Shown in pieces: positions 16,749 through 24,821 of a stretch of DNA of 25,193 nt. Under the pieces are notes generated by a model, which was not told the DNA's origin, did no database searches, and worked only from the letters and a program-made list of their open reading frames with translations. This DNA is from a virus. Lineage: Duplodnaviria; Caudoviricetes. Each line of letters starts with the position of its first letter. Positions within the stretch are counted from its first letter, which is position 1. The DNA is taken from positions 1 to 25,193 of IMG/VR virus record IMGVR_UViG_3300005326_000121; one strand, written 5' to 3'. Made by a program: the position numbers and the translations under genes.

Positions 16749-17031
16749 TTACCTTCCTTCCCCGAGCAGGCGCTGCCTTCGCTCATCGATCCTCTCCGCC
16801 CGCTCCCAGAGCCGTACCGAGCCCTCGTAGGCAGCGGAGGCCAGCGCGAATTCGGCGAGATTTCCGACGCAGCGCTTCTTCGCGGCAATCGCGGCATCGG
16901 CCATGGACTTCGCCCTTCTCCTCAAAGTCCTCACCCTCGCCCAAAGCAGATCGGATTAGCGGCCGCACATTCAAAACAAGATCCAGCAGCTCGTCCTTCG
17001 ATAAATCCTTAAGAGCCATCGCCGTTTCCAT
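16749..17031 (-). pseudogene. Hypothetical gene, probably frameshifted near 16950-16956
   Basis: METAMALKDLSKDELLDLVL... (AGGAGG RBS) continues more plausibly as ...DLLWARVRTLRRRAK...GEGR* in another frame, whose stop abuts the gemA RBS. Confidence 0.45.
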
Positions 17032-17147
17032 CGAACACATCCTCCTCGCCCAGGTTTGGTTATCGCCATGCCCCCATCCCACCTCCCAGGGCTCGATTCG
17101 CGATCAAGCCCTGGAAGATAGGCCCGGCCCGTGGGCCGGGACACCGC

Positions 17148-17357
17148 TTACGCCCAATCGAACCGGTTGCATCCGATCCGCATATCTTCGAGATATCGAA
17201 GCCTGATCTCCTTCCGCTCGCTCTCGTCCTCGATCATCTCAAGGACCGCCTCGTCGCTCGGGCGGCTCCTCCCGATCCGCTCAAGGAGCTCCCCGGCCAG
17301 ATTCCCGTAGTAGCTGGACTCGGAGCTGAGCTCCTTCAGGTATGCTCTCAAACTCAT
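17148..17357 (-). CDS. Hypothetical protein (69 aa)
   Basis: MSLRAYLKELSSE...; GGAGG RBS; ATGA coupling. Confidence 0.65.
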   Translation of the reverse strand: MSLRAYLKELSSESSYYGNLAGELLERIGRSRPSDEAVLEMIEDESERKEIRLRYLEDMRIGCNRFDWA

Positions 17358-17473
17358 CCCTCGCCTCCCCAGTCCTCTACCGCCCCGGTTTCCCACATCG
17401 CGTTGACCAGGCCGCCACCGACGACGCCACCGGCGACGGCCCCGAGCAAAAAGATCAGGATGTATTCGATCAT
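17354..17473 (-). CDS. 39-aa single-TM small protein
   Basis: MIEYILIFLLGAVAGGVVGGGLVNAMWETGAVEDWGGEG; strong AAAGGAGG RBS. Confidence 0.65.
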   Translation of the reverse strand: MIEYILIFLLGAVAGGVVGGGLVNAMWETGAVEDWGGEG

Positions 17474-17557
17474 GAGCCCCCCTCCTTTCTATTTCTCTGG
17501 TTTTGAGTGCGAAATTTCCCCGCCTCGAATTCTTCCAGTTTTTCGTGCAAAAACCCT

Positions 17558-18034
17558 TCAGCCCGCTCGCCTGCTCCGATGAGCTCCGCCCCGCTTTAAA
17601 ATCCCGAGCACACGCCGAAGCTTTGTAAGATCCCGGCACCACCCGATCTCCTGAACGTTGCACTCCCGATTGGCCAGATCTCGAAGCCTTTGCTTTACGT
17701 CGCCGCCCAGGGCCTCCGCTGCCGCCCGGATGCGCGTGTGAAGCTCGCGCACCTGGCGGTCCATTGTCGCCGGGTCCTCCGAATCCTTCGGCTTTCCAGG
17801 CTTCCAGCCAAGGGCCATCATGACCCGCACCAGATCTTCGAGCTCCATGTTTGAAAGGCAGCTTGCCGACGTGACCCCGAAGTGCTTTACGAGCATCATT
17901 CGGTAGTCGATGTCCCTGATTTCGAGCTCCTTTTTGGCGATGTGCACCTTGGCCAGAAGCGCCCGGTACTCGAGCACCACGGCGTTGGGCCCGCTTTCGA
18001 TTTTGCTTTGGCTTCCTCCATCGAGTACCTTCAT
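17558..18034 (-). CDS. gemA: GemA/gp16 family protein (DUF1018), copy 1
   Basis: LLAKVHIAKKELEIRDIDYRMML...GVTSASCLSNMELEDLVRVMMALGW. Confidence 0.85.
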   Translation of the reverse strand: MKVLDGGSQSKIESGPNAVVLEYRALLAKVHIAKKELEIRDIDYRMMLVKHFGVTSASCLSNMELEDLVRVMMALGWKPGKPKDSEDPATMDRQVRELHTRIRAAAEALGGDVKQRLRDLANRECNVQEIGWCRDLTKLRRVLGILKRGGAHRSRRAG

Positions 18035-18501
18035 GAGCCACCTTCCTTTCCGGACCTCTGCGCCGCGACGTATTTTTGATAGAAGCGATCCAGATGACGA
18101 ACCCGGTAGATCCATATGGGCTGATTGTTCCTATTTCTTTTTTTGCCCACCCGTTCGATGTCATCTTCGTCCAGAAGCTGCCGGATAACCTTCGAGGTGA
18201 AATTCATGCCGGCATCGGCCAGCATCGCGATATCAGCGGCGGTAAAGGCGCGCTTTACGTGCATCGCCCGGTACATTCGGGGCTTGATGCTCCGGCGCGC
18301 GCCCCACGCCGGTTGAAATCCCAGGTAGCGGTACCGGCCGGATTCCATCCGTTTCACCTCACCCCGGAGAGCCATGTCTTTGAGAACATCCCGGACCACT
18401 CCTCCGTGCGGCAGCTCAAGATCCCGTGTCACCTCAGCCGGCGTAAACTCACTCAAAAGACCGCTTATATGCTCACGCACCCTGCTTGCCGTCGTCTTCA
18501 C
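18031..18501 (-). CDS. Tandem winged-helix DNA-binding protein
   Basis: Two wHTH-like units: FTPAEVTRDL...RGEVKRMESGRYRY and FTAADIAMLAD...DIERVG...IYRV. Confidence 0.7.
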   Translation of the reverse strand: MKTTASRVREHISGLLSEFTPAEVTRDLELPHGGVVRDVLKDMALRGEVKRMESGRYRYLGFQPAWGARRSIKPRMYRAMHVKRAFTAADIAMLADAGMNFTSKVIRQLLDEDDIERVGKKRNRNNQPIWIYRVRHLDRFYQKYVAAQRSGKEGGS

Positions 18502-19180
18502 GGCATACCTCCGCGGTAAGCTCGTCCGTAATCGCCTCGATCCCCGAGGCCTTCATCTTCTTTTCCATCTGCACGGCGTCGTTTACGACGATCCGGAAAT
18601 CCCCCGCGCTGTGCTTGGCAAGCTGCGCCGCCTGCTTGGGGGTTACGGCCTGCCCCATGGCGTTCCGGTAGAAGACCACCACATCGATTGCGCAGAGGGG
18701 CTCGAATCTGAGCTGATGGGCGACTCTGCTCTTGATGCGCCTCTCCTGCTCGATGAGCCTTGAAAGCATCTCTTCTCCGATCATTACAACCGGCACCTTG
18801 AGCGCGTCGTGCAGGTCCCGAAGCGTGTTCACATGCCTAAGGGTCATGCGGTCCACCTCATCGACCATGATGATCCGCCGCTGCAGGGCCATTTCGCTTT
18901 GAATGAGCTCGTATGCCCCGGCTCCGCTCCGGGGACGGGTGCCGCCCAGGATGAAGGCGATCTCGCGCATGAGCACCCGAGGAGTCATCCAGTCCTGAAA
19001 GCGGATGAGCACCGCTCTGGGATCGACCACGATCAGCCGCTCGGCGGCCGTCGTCTTGCCCCGTCCCGTGCTTCCCACAACGGTCGCCATCTCGAGGCCG
19101 AGCGATGTGGAAAGCAGGTCCTCACACAGGGATTGCAATTTCTGGTAGTTCTGGGTAGGTATGAATACGTCTTCACGCAT
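18473..19180 (-). CDS. MuB-like AAA ATPase (transposition protein B)
   Basis: Walker A GSTGRGKT, Walker B IMVDEVD, LRDLHD, RIKSRV; GGAGG RBS before ATG 19180. Confidence 0.9.
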   Translation of the reverse strand: MREDVFIPTQNYQKLQSLCEDLLSTSLGLEMATVVGSTGRGKTTAAERLIVVDPRAVLIRFQDWMTPRVLMREIAFILGGTRPRSGAGAYELIQSEMALQRRIIMVDEVDRMTLRHVNTLRDLHDALKVPVVMIGEEMLSRLIEQERRIKSRVAHQLRFEPLCAIDVVVFYRNAMGQAVTPKQAAQLAKHSAGDFRIVVNDAVQMEKKMKASGIEAITDELTAEVCREDDGKQGA

Positions 19181-19250
19181 GAGCGCCTCCATTCGGTTCT
19201 GGTGGTTTAAGGCCCCGTTTGGCACTTGCAGGCGTAGCGGGGCCGGGTGC

Positions 19251-21566
19251 TCAGCACCCTTCCGTTTTTACGTTCAGTGTCTCCTTCATAAGATCCCAGT
19301 AGCCCCTGGCTTCCTCGTCGAGTCTCGATTCAAAATCCCGGATAAAGACCATGTCGGATTCCGTAAGCTCGAATCCCTCGCCCATCCGCTCAAGGGACCA
19401 GCGGTAGCGGTCGATATGATTTCCGAAGATGGGGCGCTTCCCGGTGAAGGGCTTTCCTTCCCGCTCTACGGGAGGATCGGGCGCGGCCTCGCGGGTGGGT
19501 GAGGGAGGCGAAGACGTTCCGGCCATCTCGGCCGTTAGCCGGTCGAGCTCCAAAGCCTTCCTAGCGATCTCTTCGGCCTCCTTATCGCTCACCACGGCCG
19601 GAGCCCGGTAGCCGTCGATGGCCGCAACCCCCGCTTTGATTTCCTCTTCACTTGGCGCGCGCATGATCTTGAGCTGGTCGGCCACGGCCCGCTTGGCCTC
19701 GGAAACTGCGGCGTTGTCGAATTCCTCGACTTTCACGATGGGAGCGATCCTGCGCCCGGCGGCTTCGAGGTCATCGAGGCGGTCCATCATGGGATTTGAG
19801 CCGATGTCGGCCTTGAGATCCTTGAGCGCGCGGCTCGCCGCCTTGACCTTTTTGGCCTGGGATTTTCTGGCGCGGGAGAGCTGCTCGGGCGTGAACCCCG
19901 CCCTGGTGCTGTCGATGGCAGTAAAAAGGTAGCGGTGCTTCAAGTCGAAGACGTACACACGGGCCGCATCGGTCAGGTCGATTTGCACCCGCACGCGCTT
20001 TCCCACGTGCTCGCCCATGTCAAGAGACTGGAACCAGCCGCGCTCAAGCTCGATTCCCTTCTTCTGGATTGTGCGCTCGAAGGGAGGGGCCAGCAGGATG
20101 TCGAGCACCCGCTCGTCGCTCACGCGCCTGACGGGTACGGGGGATCTTCCCGGCATATCGGCCGGGATGGCGCCGTTTAGCCCCTTGTGCGGCCGCTGGG
20201 AGTAAATGAGATCGATCCACCGATCCATGATCTCCTGCAGCTCGTCTCTCGAAACGCCTACTTCCACCACGCCGCCGTGGGTGAGGAAGGCCTTGACGAA
20301 CTCGTCCCGAGCCTTTTCGCGGTTGCGCATGGCCTGCCGCTCGGCCACGTTATGACCGCTAAAGCCGGGAAGCTCTTCAAACAGCCCAACCGCCAGCGTC
20401 CCCCAGAACCGTTCGATGAAGGGCTTGCCCTCGGGAGTGCGGGGAGGAATCCAGGGCTTTGCGATGTTAAGGGCATTGCAGACGACATCGATATGTTTGC
20501 TGTCGTAGTCCTTGCCGTGGTCCATCCCGAGCTCTTCGGGAATGCCGCCGATGCCTCCGAGCCCGAGCATTCCCTTGCGCAGGATCGCCGCGACAGCCGT
20601 GGCCTTGCTTGACTCCGCGATGAGCACTGCCGGAAGACGGCTGAAGACATCTATGAGCCCGACGCCTGTGTAGCGCTTTTTATCCGAGCAGATGATATCC
20701 GCCGGAGTCGAGTCCGCCTCCCATCGCTGGCAGAACCGCTCGATACCCGCAGCCTTATCGCCAAGGGCCAGCATGTGCCTGTTTTTCCAGTCGGAGGGGT
20801 CCAGGAGATAATCGTAGAGCTGCCGGTTTTCGAGCTTCCAGCGCTCCATGAAGCGGTAGATCGTGGCCGGGTGGGGCACCGCGTTCTTGCCGAACTTGTC
20901 CCTCAGGTATTCGTGGATCCGAACGGGCCGAACTATCGGGTTCTTGTGAACGAGCCCCAGGATGAAATCCTGCTGCTCCTGAGTAAGCGAGCGCACCGCA
21001 GCCTCCCGCTCCTTTCTCACGAGCCCGCCCAGGCCAAAAGCATCCTGATCCGCTCGCCATGAGTGAAGAGTAGGAACCGATATGTGGGGCACCCGTGTGT
21101 AGACGTCGGCGGACAGGGATTTTATCGCCCCTTCGTTATAGAGCCGGCAGAACTCGGCCTGGGTGAGGTGCTTTGCATCCGGCGCGCGCGGCCCCCGCTT
21201 GTGCCCGACCGAGCGCTCGAAGGCGTCGAGTATCTCCTTTTTTATATGGCCGAGCTCCCGATGCTGATCGTCCGCCCGCTGGTAGCGAAGAAGGCCCTCC
21301 CCCCGGCTTTTGGGGATGACGGGGCAGGAGGCGGGATCGGAGGGAGCCTCCGTCTTCAGGGCCAGGCGGCGCAGGTATGCCGCCTGGGCGGGAGGGGCGA
21401 GGCAGGAGAAGTGGATTTGCCAGATCATCCCATCCTTGCCGCCGCCCTGTGGGGCTGGGACCTCTCGGGCTTTCGAGTACTTCCCTTTTTGCGCCCGCCA
21501 TTGGATCGTTCGGAGGGGCTTGGTTTCCAGCTCGGCGACCACATCTGCGTTGATCCATTCGTCCAT
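19251..21566 (-). CDS. MuA-like DDE transposase (ORF open to 21656)
   Basis: N-terminal Mu-type HTH (GGG...WQIHFSCLAPPAQ); catalytic WEADSTPAD, MDHGKDY, KPFIERFWGT; C-terminal Mu transposase beta domain. Confidence 0.95.
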   Translation of the reverse strand: MDEWINADVVAELETKPLRTIQWRAQKGKYSKAREVPAPQGGGKDGMIWQIHFSCLAPPAQAAYLRRLALKTEAPSDPASCPVIPKSRGEGLLRYQRADDQHRELGHIKKEILDAFERSVGHKRGPRAPDAKHLTQAEFCRLYNEGAIKSLSADVYTRVPHISVPTLHSWRADQDAFGLGGLVRKEREAAVRSLTQEQQDFILGLVHKNPIVRPVRIHEYLRDKFGKNAVPHPATIYRFMERWKLENRQLYDYLLDPSDWKNRHMLALGDKAAGIERFCQRWEADSTPADIICSDKKRYTGVGLIDVFSRLPAVLIAESSKATAVAAILRKGMLGLGGIGGIPEELGMDHGKDYDSKHIDVVCNALNIAKPWIPPRTPEGKPFIERFWGTLAVGLFEELPGFSGHNVAERQAMRNREKARDEFVKAFLTHGGVVEVGVSRDELQEIMDRWIDLIYSQRPHKGLNGAIPADMPGRSPVPVRRVSDERVLDILLAPPFERTIQKKGIELERGWFQSLDMGEHVGKRVRVQIDLTDAARVYVFDLKHRYLFTAIDSTRAGFTPEQLSRARKSQAKKVKAASRALKDLKADIGSNPMMDRLDDLEAAGRRIAPIVKVEEFDNAAVSEAKRAVADQLKIMRAPSEEEIKAGVAAIDGYRAPAVVSDKEAEEIARKALELDRLTAEMAGTSSPPSPTREAAPDPPVEREGKPFTGKRPIFGNHIDRYRWSLERMGEGFELTESDMVFIRDFESRLDEEARGYWDLMKETLNVKTEGC

Positions 21567-21646
21567 AAGCACACCGCACAGAGAAAGATTATTGTTGAGG
21601 AACAAACACATCTGGGGTCCGAATGGTTCTGGGACCTGGCTTTTGC

Positions 21647-22118
21647 ATTGCGTCACTCAAAGGGTCTCGAATTCCTTGCAACTCACTGAAAACGCTCTTT
21701 ATAGGGTCGTCTACCCTCATTGCGTCACCGTTGCGCCACTATTGCGTCACTCCTCCCCCTCCATTGAGGGGAGAGAGCCGGGGTGAGGGGGAGTATCCCC
21801 TGCCTCCTGCGGCTGTGCTGTGGTATCTTTCTGCCCCAATTCACAGACGACCACCTCATAGCGATTGAGATACCCCTTCGGGTCGGACTGGTAGGTCTCG
21901 TACACAGACAGGTCAGGCTTTAATTTTTCCTTCATGAAAGGATCTCCTATGGAAAAGAAAGAATTTTGTTGCCTTCTGTCATTGCATCAATGAATTGCTG
22001 TTGAATTTGCCGTAAGAGGCTGGAAATAGGTTCCATAGGTTGCTTCGGCCCTATTGCATCAATGTTGCACCAATCGCCATCTGGATTGATGCAATGGAAG
22101 CCACTCGGTTGCGTCAAT
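21647..22118. repeat. Cluster of nine 11-bp repeats RTTGCRYCAMY
   Basis: Copies at 21647, 21719/21730/21741 (tandem), 21981, 22053/22064 (tandem), 22085 (inverted), 22108. Confidence 0.8.
21747..21935 (-). CDS. Small hypothetical protein (62 aa)
   Basis: AGGAG RBS before ATG 21935. Confidence 0.5.
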   Translation of the reverse strand: MKEKLKPDLSVYETYQSDPKGYLNRYEVVVCELGQKDTTAQPQEAGDTPPHPGSLPSMEGEE

Positions 22119-22123
22119 CCTCC

Positions 22124-22606
22124 CTACTTGAGCCCCCTCTGCACCGCATCCTTCAGCTCCATCGCCTGCACCACCAACCGGTCGATCTGACTGGACACGG
22201 CCCGCTTTTCTTCATTCGTCATCTCCCCATCCGAGAGCACATCCTGGAGGCAGTCGGCCAGGGTCCCAACTTCTTTGTTGATATCCAAAAGCTCCATCAC
22301 CGCGGACCCCTTGTCCGAGCAGCACTCCGCAGCCGATACCCGATAACCCAGGGATTCCGCCAAAATACGCAGCGCTCCGTCTACTACATGGTCCTGCCCG
22401 ATCTCCTGCAACTTGCTGAACGTGATCCGGAGCAGATCCATGGGGTTCCGGTAGCTGCCTTCGGTAGAATCCGGGTCCTGAGCCCACCGGTAAAGAGTCC
22501 GGTGCTCCACGTGCCAGATCTTGGCAAGCTCGGTCTTGGTCAAGTGCTTCAAGGCAGCCGCGAAGATTTGATGCGATCTGACGAAATAGGAACCCTTAAG
22601 ATCCAT
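22124..22606 (-). CDS. Phage regulatory CII/CP76-like protein
   Basis: HTH TELAKIWHVEHRTLYRWAQDP, RNPMD, C-terminal DVLSDGEMTNEEK helix bundle. Confidence 0.75.
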   Translation of the reverse strand: MDLKGSYFVRSHQIFAAALKHLTKTELAKIWHVEHRTLYRWAQDPDSTEGSYRNPMDLLRITFSKLQEIGQDHVVDGALRILAESLGYRVSAAECCSDKGSAVMELLDINKEVGTLADCLQDVLSDGEMTNEEKRAVSSQIDRLVVQAMELKDAVQRGLK

Positions 22607-22907
22607 GTCGTACTCCTGCCTTTATTGTCATTGCCTCTTGGGGGTCGTTCTGGTTGGATGCCACACAAACGGAACCACTCACGGAGGGCCGGTCATGACA
22701 GCAGTAGAGCTTGAGTGCAGAGAGGATTTCCAGAGTCACATCCCCGCGTGGACGGGAATCAGCCCGCCCCCAATGCCGCCGTATCACCTTGACCACCGTG
22801 TCGAACTTGAACCCATGCTTCCGGGCGAATGCGCTCAGCGTAAGGTCATGCGCGAGAAGATCCGAACGGAGGCGATTGAAAATGCTTGTTCTTCCGGCGA
22901 TTTCCAC
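22596..22907 (-). CDS. Ner/Cro-like transcriptional regulator
   Basis: LRSDLLAHDLTLSAFARKHGFKFDTVVKVI...PRG; first gene divergent from the repressor; AGGAG RBS. Confidence 0.75.
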   Translation of the reverse strand: MEIAGRTSIFNRLRSDLLAHDLTLSAFARKHGFKFDTVVKVIRRHWGRADSRPRGDVTLEILSALKLYCCHDRPSVSGSVCVASNQNDPQEAMTIKAGVRHGS

Positions 22908-22944
22908 CTAAGTTGCTCCTCGTTAGTGTCTAAATGTTGGGATA

Positions 22945-22973
22945 GTTCTACATCCTATAGGATGTCCGGTCAA
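22945..22973 (-). promoter_or_regulatory. Early lytic promoter with a perfect 16-bp palindromic operator in its spacer
   Basis: Minus strand TTGACC-17 nt-TAGAAC; ACATCCTATAGGATGT at 22950-22965; extra half-site GGATGT at 22983-22988. Confidence 0.7.
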
Positions 22974-23480
22974 CAACTTTTTGGATGTATTGTGGGCGAG
23001 CCTCTTTCAGAGAGACTGAAGGTGCTTCGAGTGGCCGCCAATCGCACTCAGGCCCAATTTGCTGCATATATGGGAGTCACCCTTAATACATATCAACGGT
23101 ACGAAAAGGGTGCACAGGTCCCAGGCGCGGACAAGATTGCCGGTCTTAAAAACCACTTAAAAGATGTAAGTCTTTCTTGGCTTTTGGTTGGGATAGGGGA
23201 GATGCTTGAACTGCCACTGGGTACTTCGTATACCCAAGAGGCAGAAGAAGACCCCGAAATCGCAGAGCTGCTCATGCGCGCGCGCGAGGTCCTGAAGAGC
23301 GGCAATCAACTGGCTTTCGACGCCCTGTCCCGGAACATCATGTACTTTGCCCACGCAGTTAAAATCGAGAAGCGCCTGAACGAAATGGAGGCGAGGATGG
23401 CTGCCATGGAGCAGAAGCTCCAGCACATCGAGGAGCCAGTCAAGCCCCTGGGAGAGTCAGAGAAACGAGAGGCAATGTAA
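22962..23480 (+). CDS. XRE-family HTH prophage repressor (alternative start GTG 22992)
   Basis: LSERLKVLR...TQAQFAAYMGVTLNTYQRYEKG...VSLSWLLVGIGEM; C-terminal coiled coil; no S24 peptidase domain. Confidence 0.88.
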   Translation: MSGQQLFGCIVGEPLSERLKVLRVAANRTQAQFAAYMGVTLNTYQRYEKGAQVPGADKIAGLKNHLKDVSLSWLLVGIGEMLELPLGTSYTQEAEEDPEIAELLMRAREVLKSGNQLAFDALSRNIMYFAHAVKIEKRLNEMEARMAAMEQKLQHIEEPVKPLGESEKREAM

Positions 23481-23544
23481 TTTACGTGAGGTTCGATTAA
23501 GGGTAGATTCCCCTGGCTGGATAATATGAAGGTAGGAGGGTAAA

Positions 23545-24033
23545 GTGAAGCGCTTTCTAAACCATCTCTTTGAATGGAACCACGAGCTAAAGAAGGGTCA
23601 CAACCCCAATACCGGCTTTGTCGTGGGCTTTACGGAAAAACATATGAACACCCTGCAGTACCGAGTTTGCAACGTCCTGGAGGAGCTTGGCAGGCCCTAT
23701 CGCGTGGCCAACGCCGCGGACAAGGGTTTTCCCGGCATGGTGGAAGATCTCACAGGCACAAAGTACCACACGGCCAACACCGCCTATGACGCCCTCCGCG
23801 ATCTCCTTTGCAACACCAGCGAGGTCATTGTCATAAGAGAGTTCTCGGCCTCCAAAGTGAAGCGCCCGGCCGGATACCTCCACGACTTCGTCAAAATCCT
23901 CGACGACGCCCACCTCTTCGATATCCGCCCCAAAAGTGATCTCATCCTCATAGACTACGGCGCCTTCCTCCAGCGCGCATGGAAAGACATTGGCCGCTAC
24001 CTGGCCGTCCACACCTTCCTCGAAAATGGATGA
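23545..24033 (+). CDS. Accessory hypothetical protein at the phage left end
   Basis: AGGAGG RBS, 162 aa, alpha/beta pattern. Confidence 0.75.
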   Translation: MKRFLNHLFEWNHELKKGHNPNTGFVVGFTEKHMNTLQYRVCNVLEELGRPYRVANAADKGFPGMVEDLTGTKYHTANTAYDALRDLLCNTSEVIVIREFSASKVKRPAGYLHDFVKILDDAHLFDIRPKSDLILIDYGAFLQRAWKDIGRYLAVHTFLENG

Positions 24034-24066
24034 GACAGCCGTTTTTTGCGCGATATTCCAGAGAAA

Positions 24067-24257
24067 CAATTCTTCTACCGGATCGCGCGAAAAACATGGC
24101 GATGACCGCTTTTCGGGCTTAATTCTTCTGACACACTCGTGGGCTTGGAGCCAAGCAGGACCAACCAGCCTAAGCCCACATTATCACCACAAAAGTCCTG
24201 CTTTCGTCGCCCTTAATCAAGGCACCTCAATTCTTCTCAAGGATAGTGAACCCCACA
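24067..24257 (-). other. Prophage left end with three putative transposase-binding sites
   Basis: AATTCTTCT at 24068, 24121 and 24229; 24067-24096 and 24228-24257 share 19/30 nt; terminal CA at 24256-24257. Confidence 0.75.
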
Positions 24258-24728
24258 CCGGGGATGCTGGTTTCGTCGGGCGGCCTCGGGACCATGGGCT
24301 TCGGGCTTCCGGCGGCGGTCGGAGCGACGATGGGACGCCGCGATCAGCCCGTCATTCTGGTAACGGGCGACGGCAGCATCCAGATGACAATTCAGGAGCT
24401 GGCCACCATGCGGGAGCAGGAGCTTCCGATAAAGATCTTCATTTTCAACAATCAGGCGCTCGGCATGGTCAGGCAGCTTCAGGATGTGTATTGCGAGGGC
24501 CGCAACATTGCGACACTCTTCAAGTTTCATCCGGATTTCGCCCATCTTGCCGGAGCCTACGGGATGCCTGGATACACGATCGACAAGGAGGCCGATTTTG
24601 AAGCGGCCCTTCCCGGTATCCTCGCCACTCCGGGAGCCGTTCTGGTCAACTGCCTGATTCCCACGGCGGAAAACGTCTCCCCCATGGTGCTTGCGGGAGC
24701 CGGTATCCACGAGGCCGTTGATGTTTGA
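24258..24728 (+). pseudogene. ilvB: 3' remnant of acetolactate synthase large subunit (TPP-binding domain) interrupted by the prophage
   Basis: SSGGLGTMGFGLPAAVGA, VTGDGSIQMTIQELAT, FNNQALGMVRQLQ; similarity stops at 24258 and an in-frame stop lies at 24171. Confidence 0.88.
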
Positions 24729-24821
24729 GGCCGGAAGACTCAACTTTCAGAAAGCGGGCTGCGCTTCGGGCAGTCCGCTTTCTTCAGTATCGGTCGGCCA
24801 TCTTGCTGACGAGACAGATCT

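Larger units (their letters stand above)
1..24257 (-). mobile_element. Mu-like (transposable) prophage, left portion; continues beyond window start
   Basis: MuA DDE transposase, MuB ATPase, Gam, GemA, gp28/gp29/gp30/gp32/gp36-like genes in Mu order. Minus-strand end 5'-TGTGGGGTTCAC at 24257 abuts a truncated host gene. Confidence 0.95.

Noticed and set aside
17085-17140. Two adjacent GC-rich hairpins in an intergenic gap
   Set aside because: No U-tract or recognisable motif; no function can be supported
17148-18164. 338-aa ORF and other long Arg/Pro/Gly-rich overlapping ORFs (e.g. 2310-3359+, 16298-17206+, 8059-8865+)
   Set aside because: Shadow frames of GC-rich genes; only the last 69 codons of 17148-18164 look like a real gene
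21947-22117. Possible 56-aa ORF on the minus strand across the 11-bp repeats
   Set aside because: Poor RBS spacing and no recognisable motif; coding status cannot be supported
22605-22961. N-terminal extension of the 291-aa repressor ORF
   Set aside because: It overlaps the divergent ner-like gene and promoter; HTH similarity begins only near 22992
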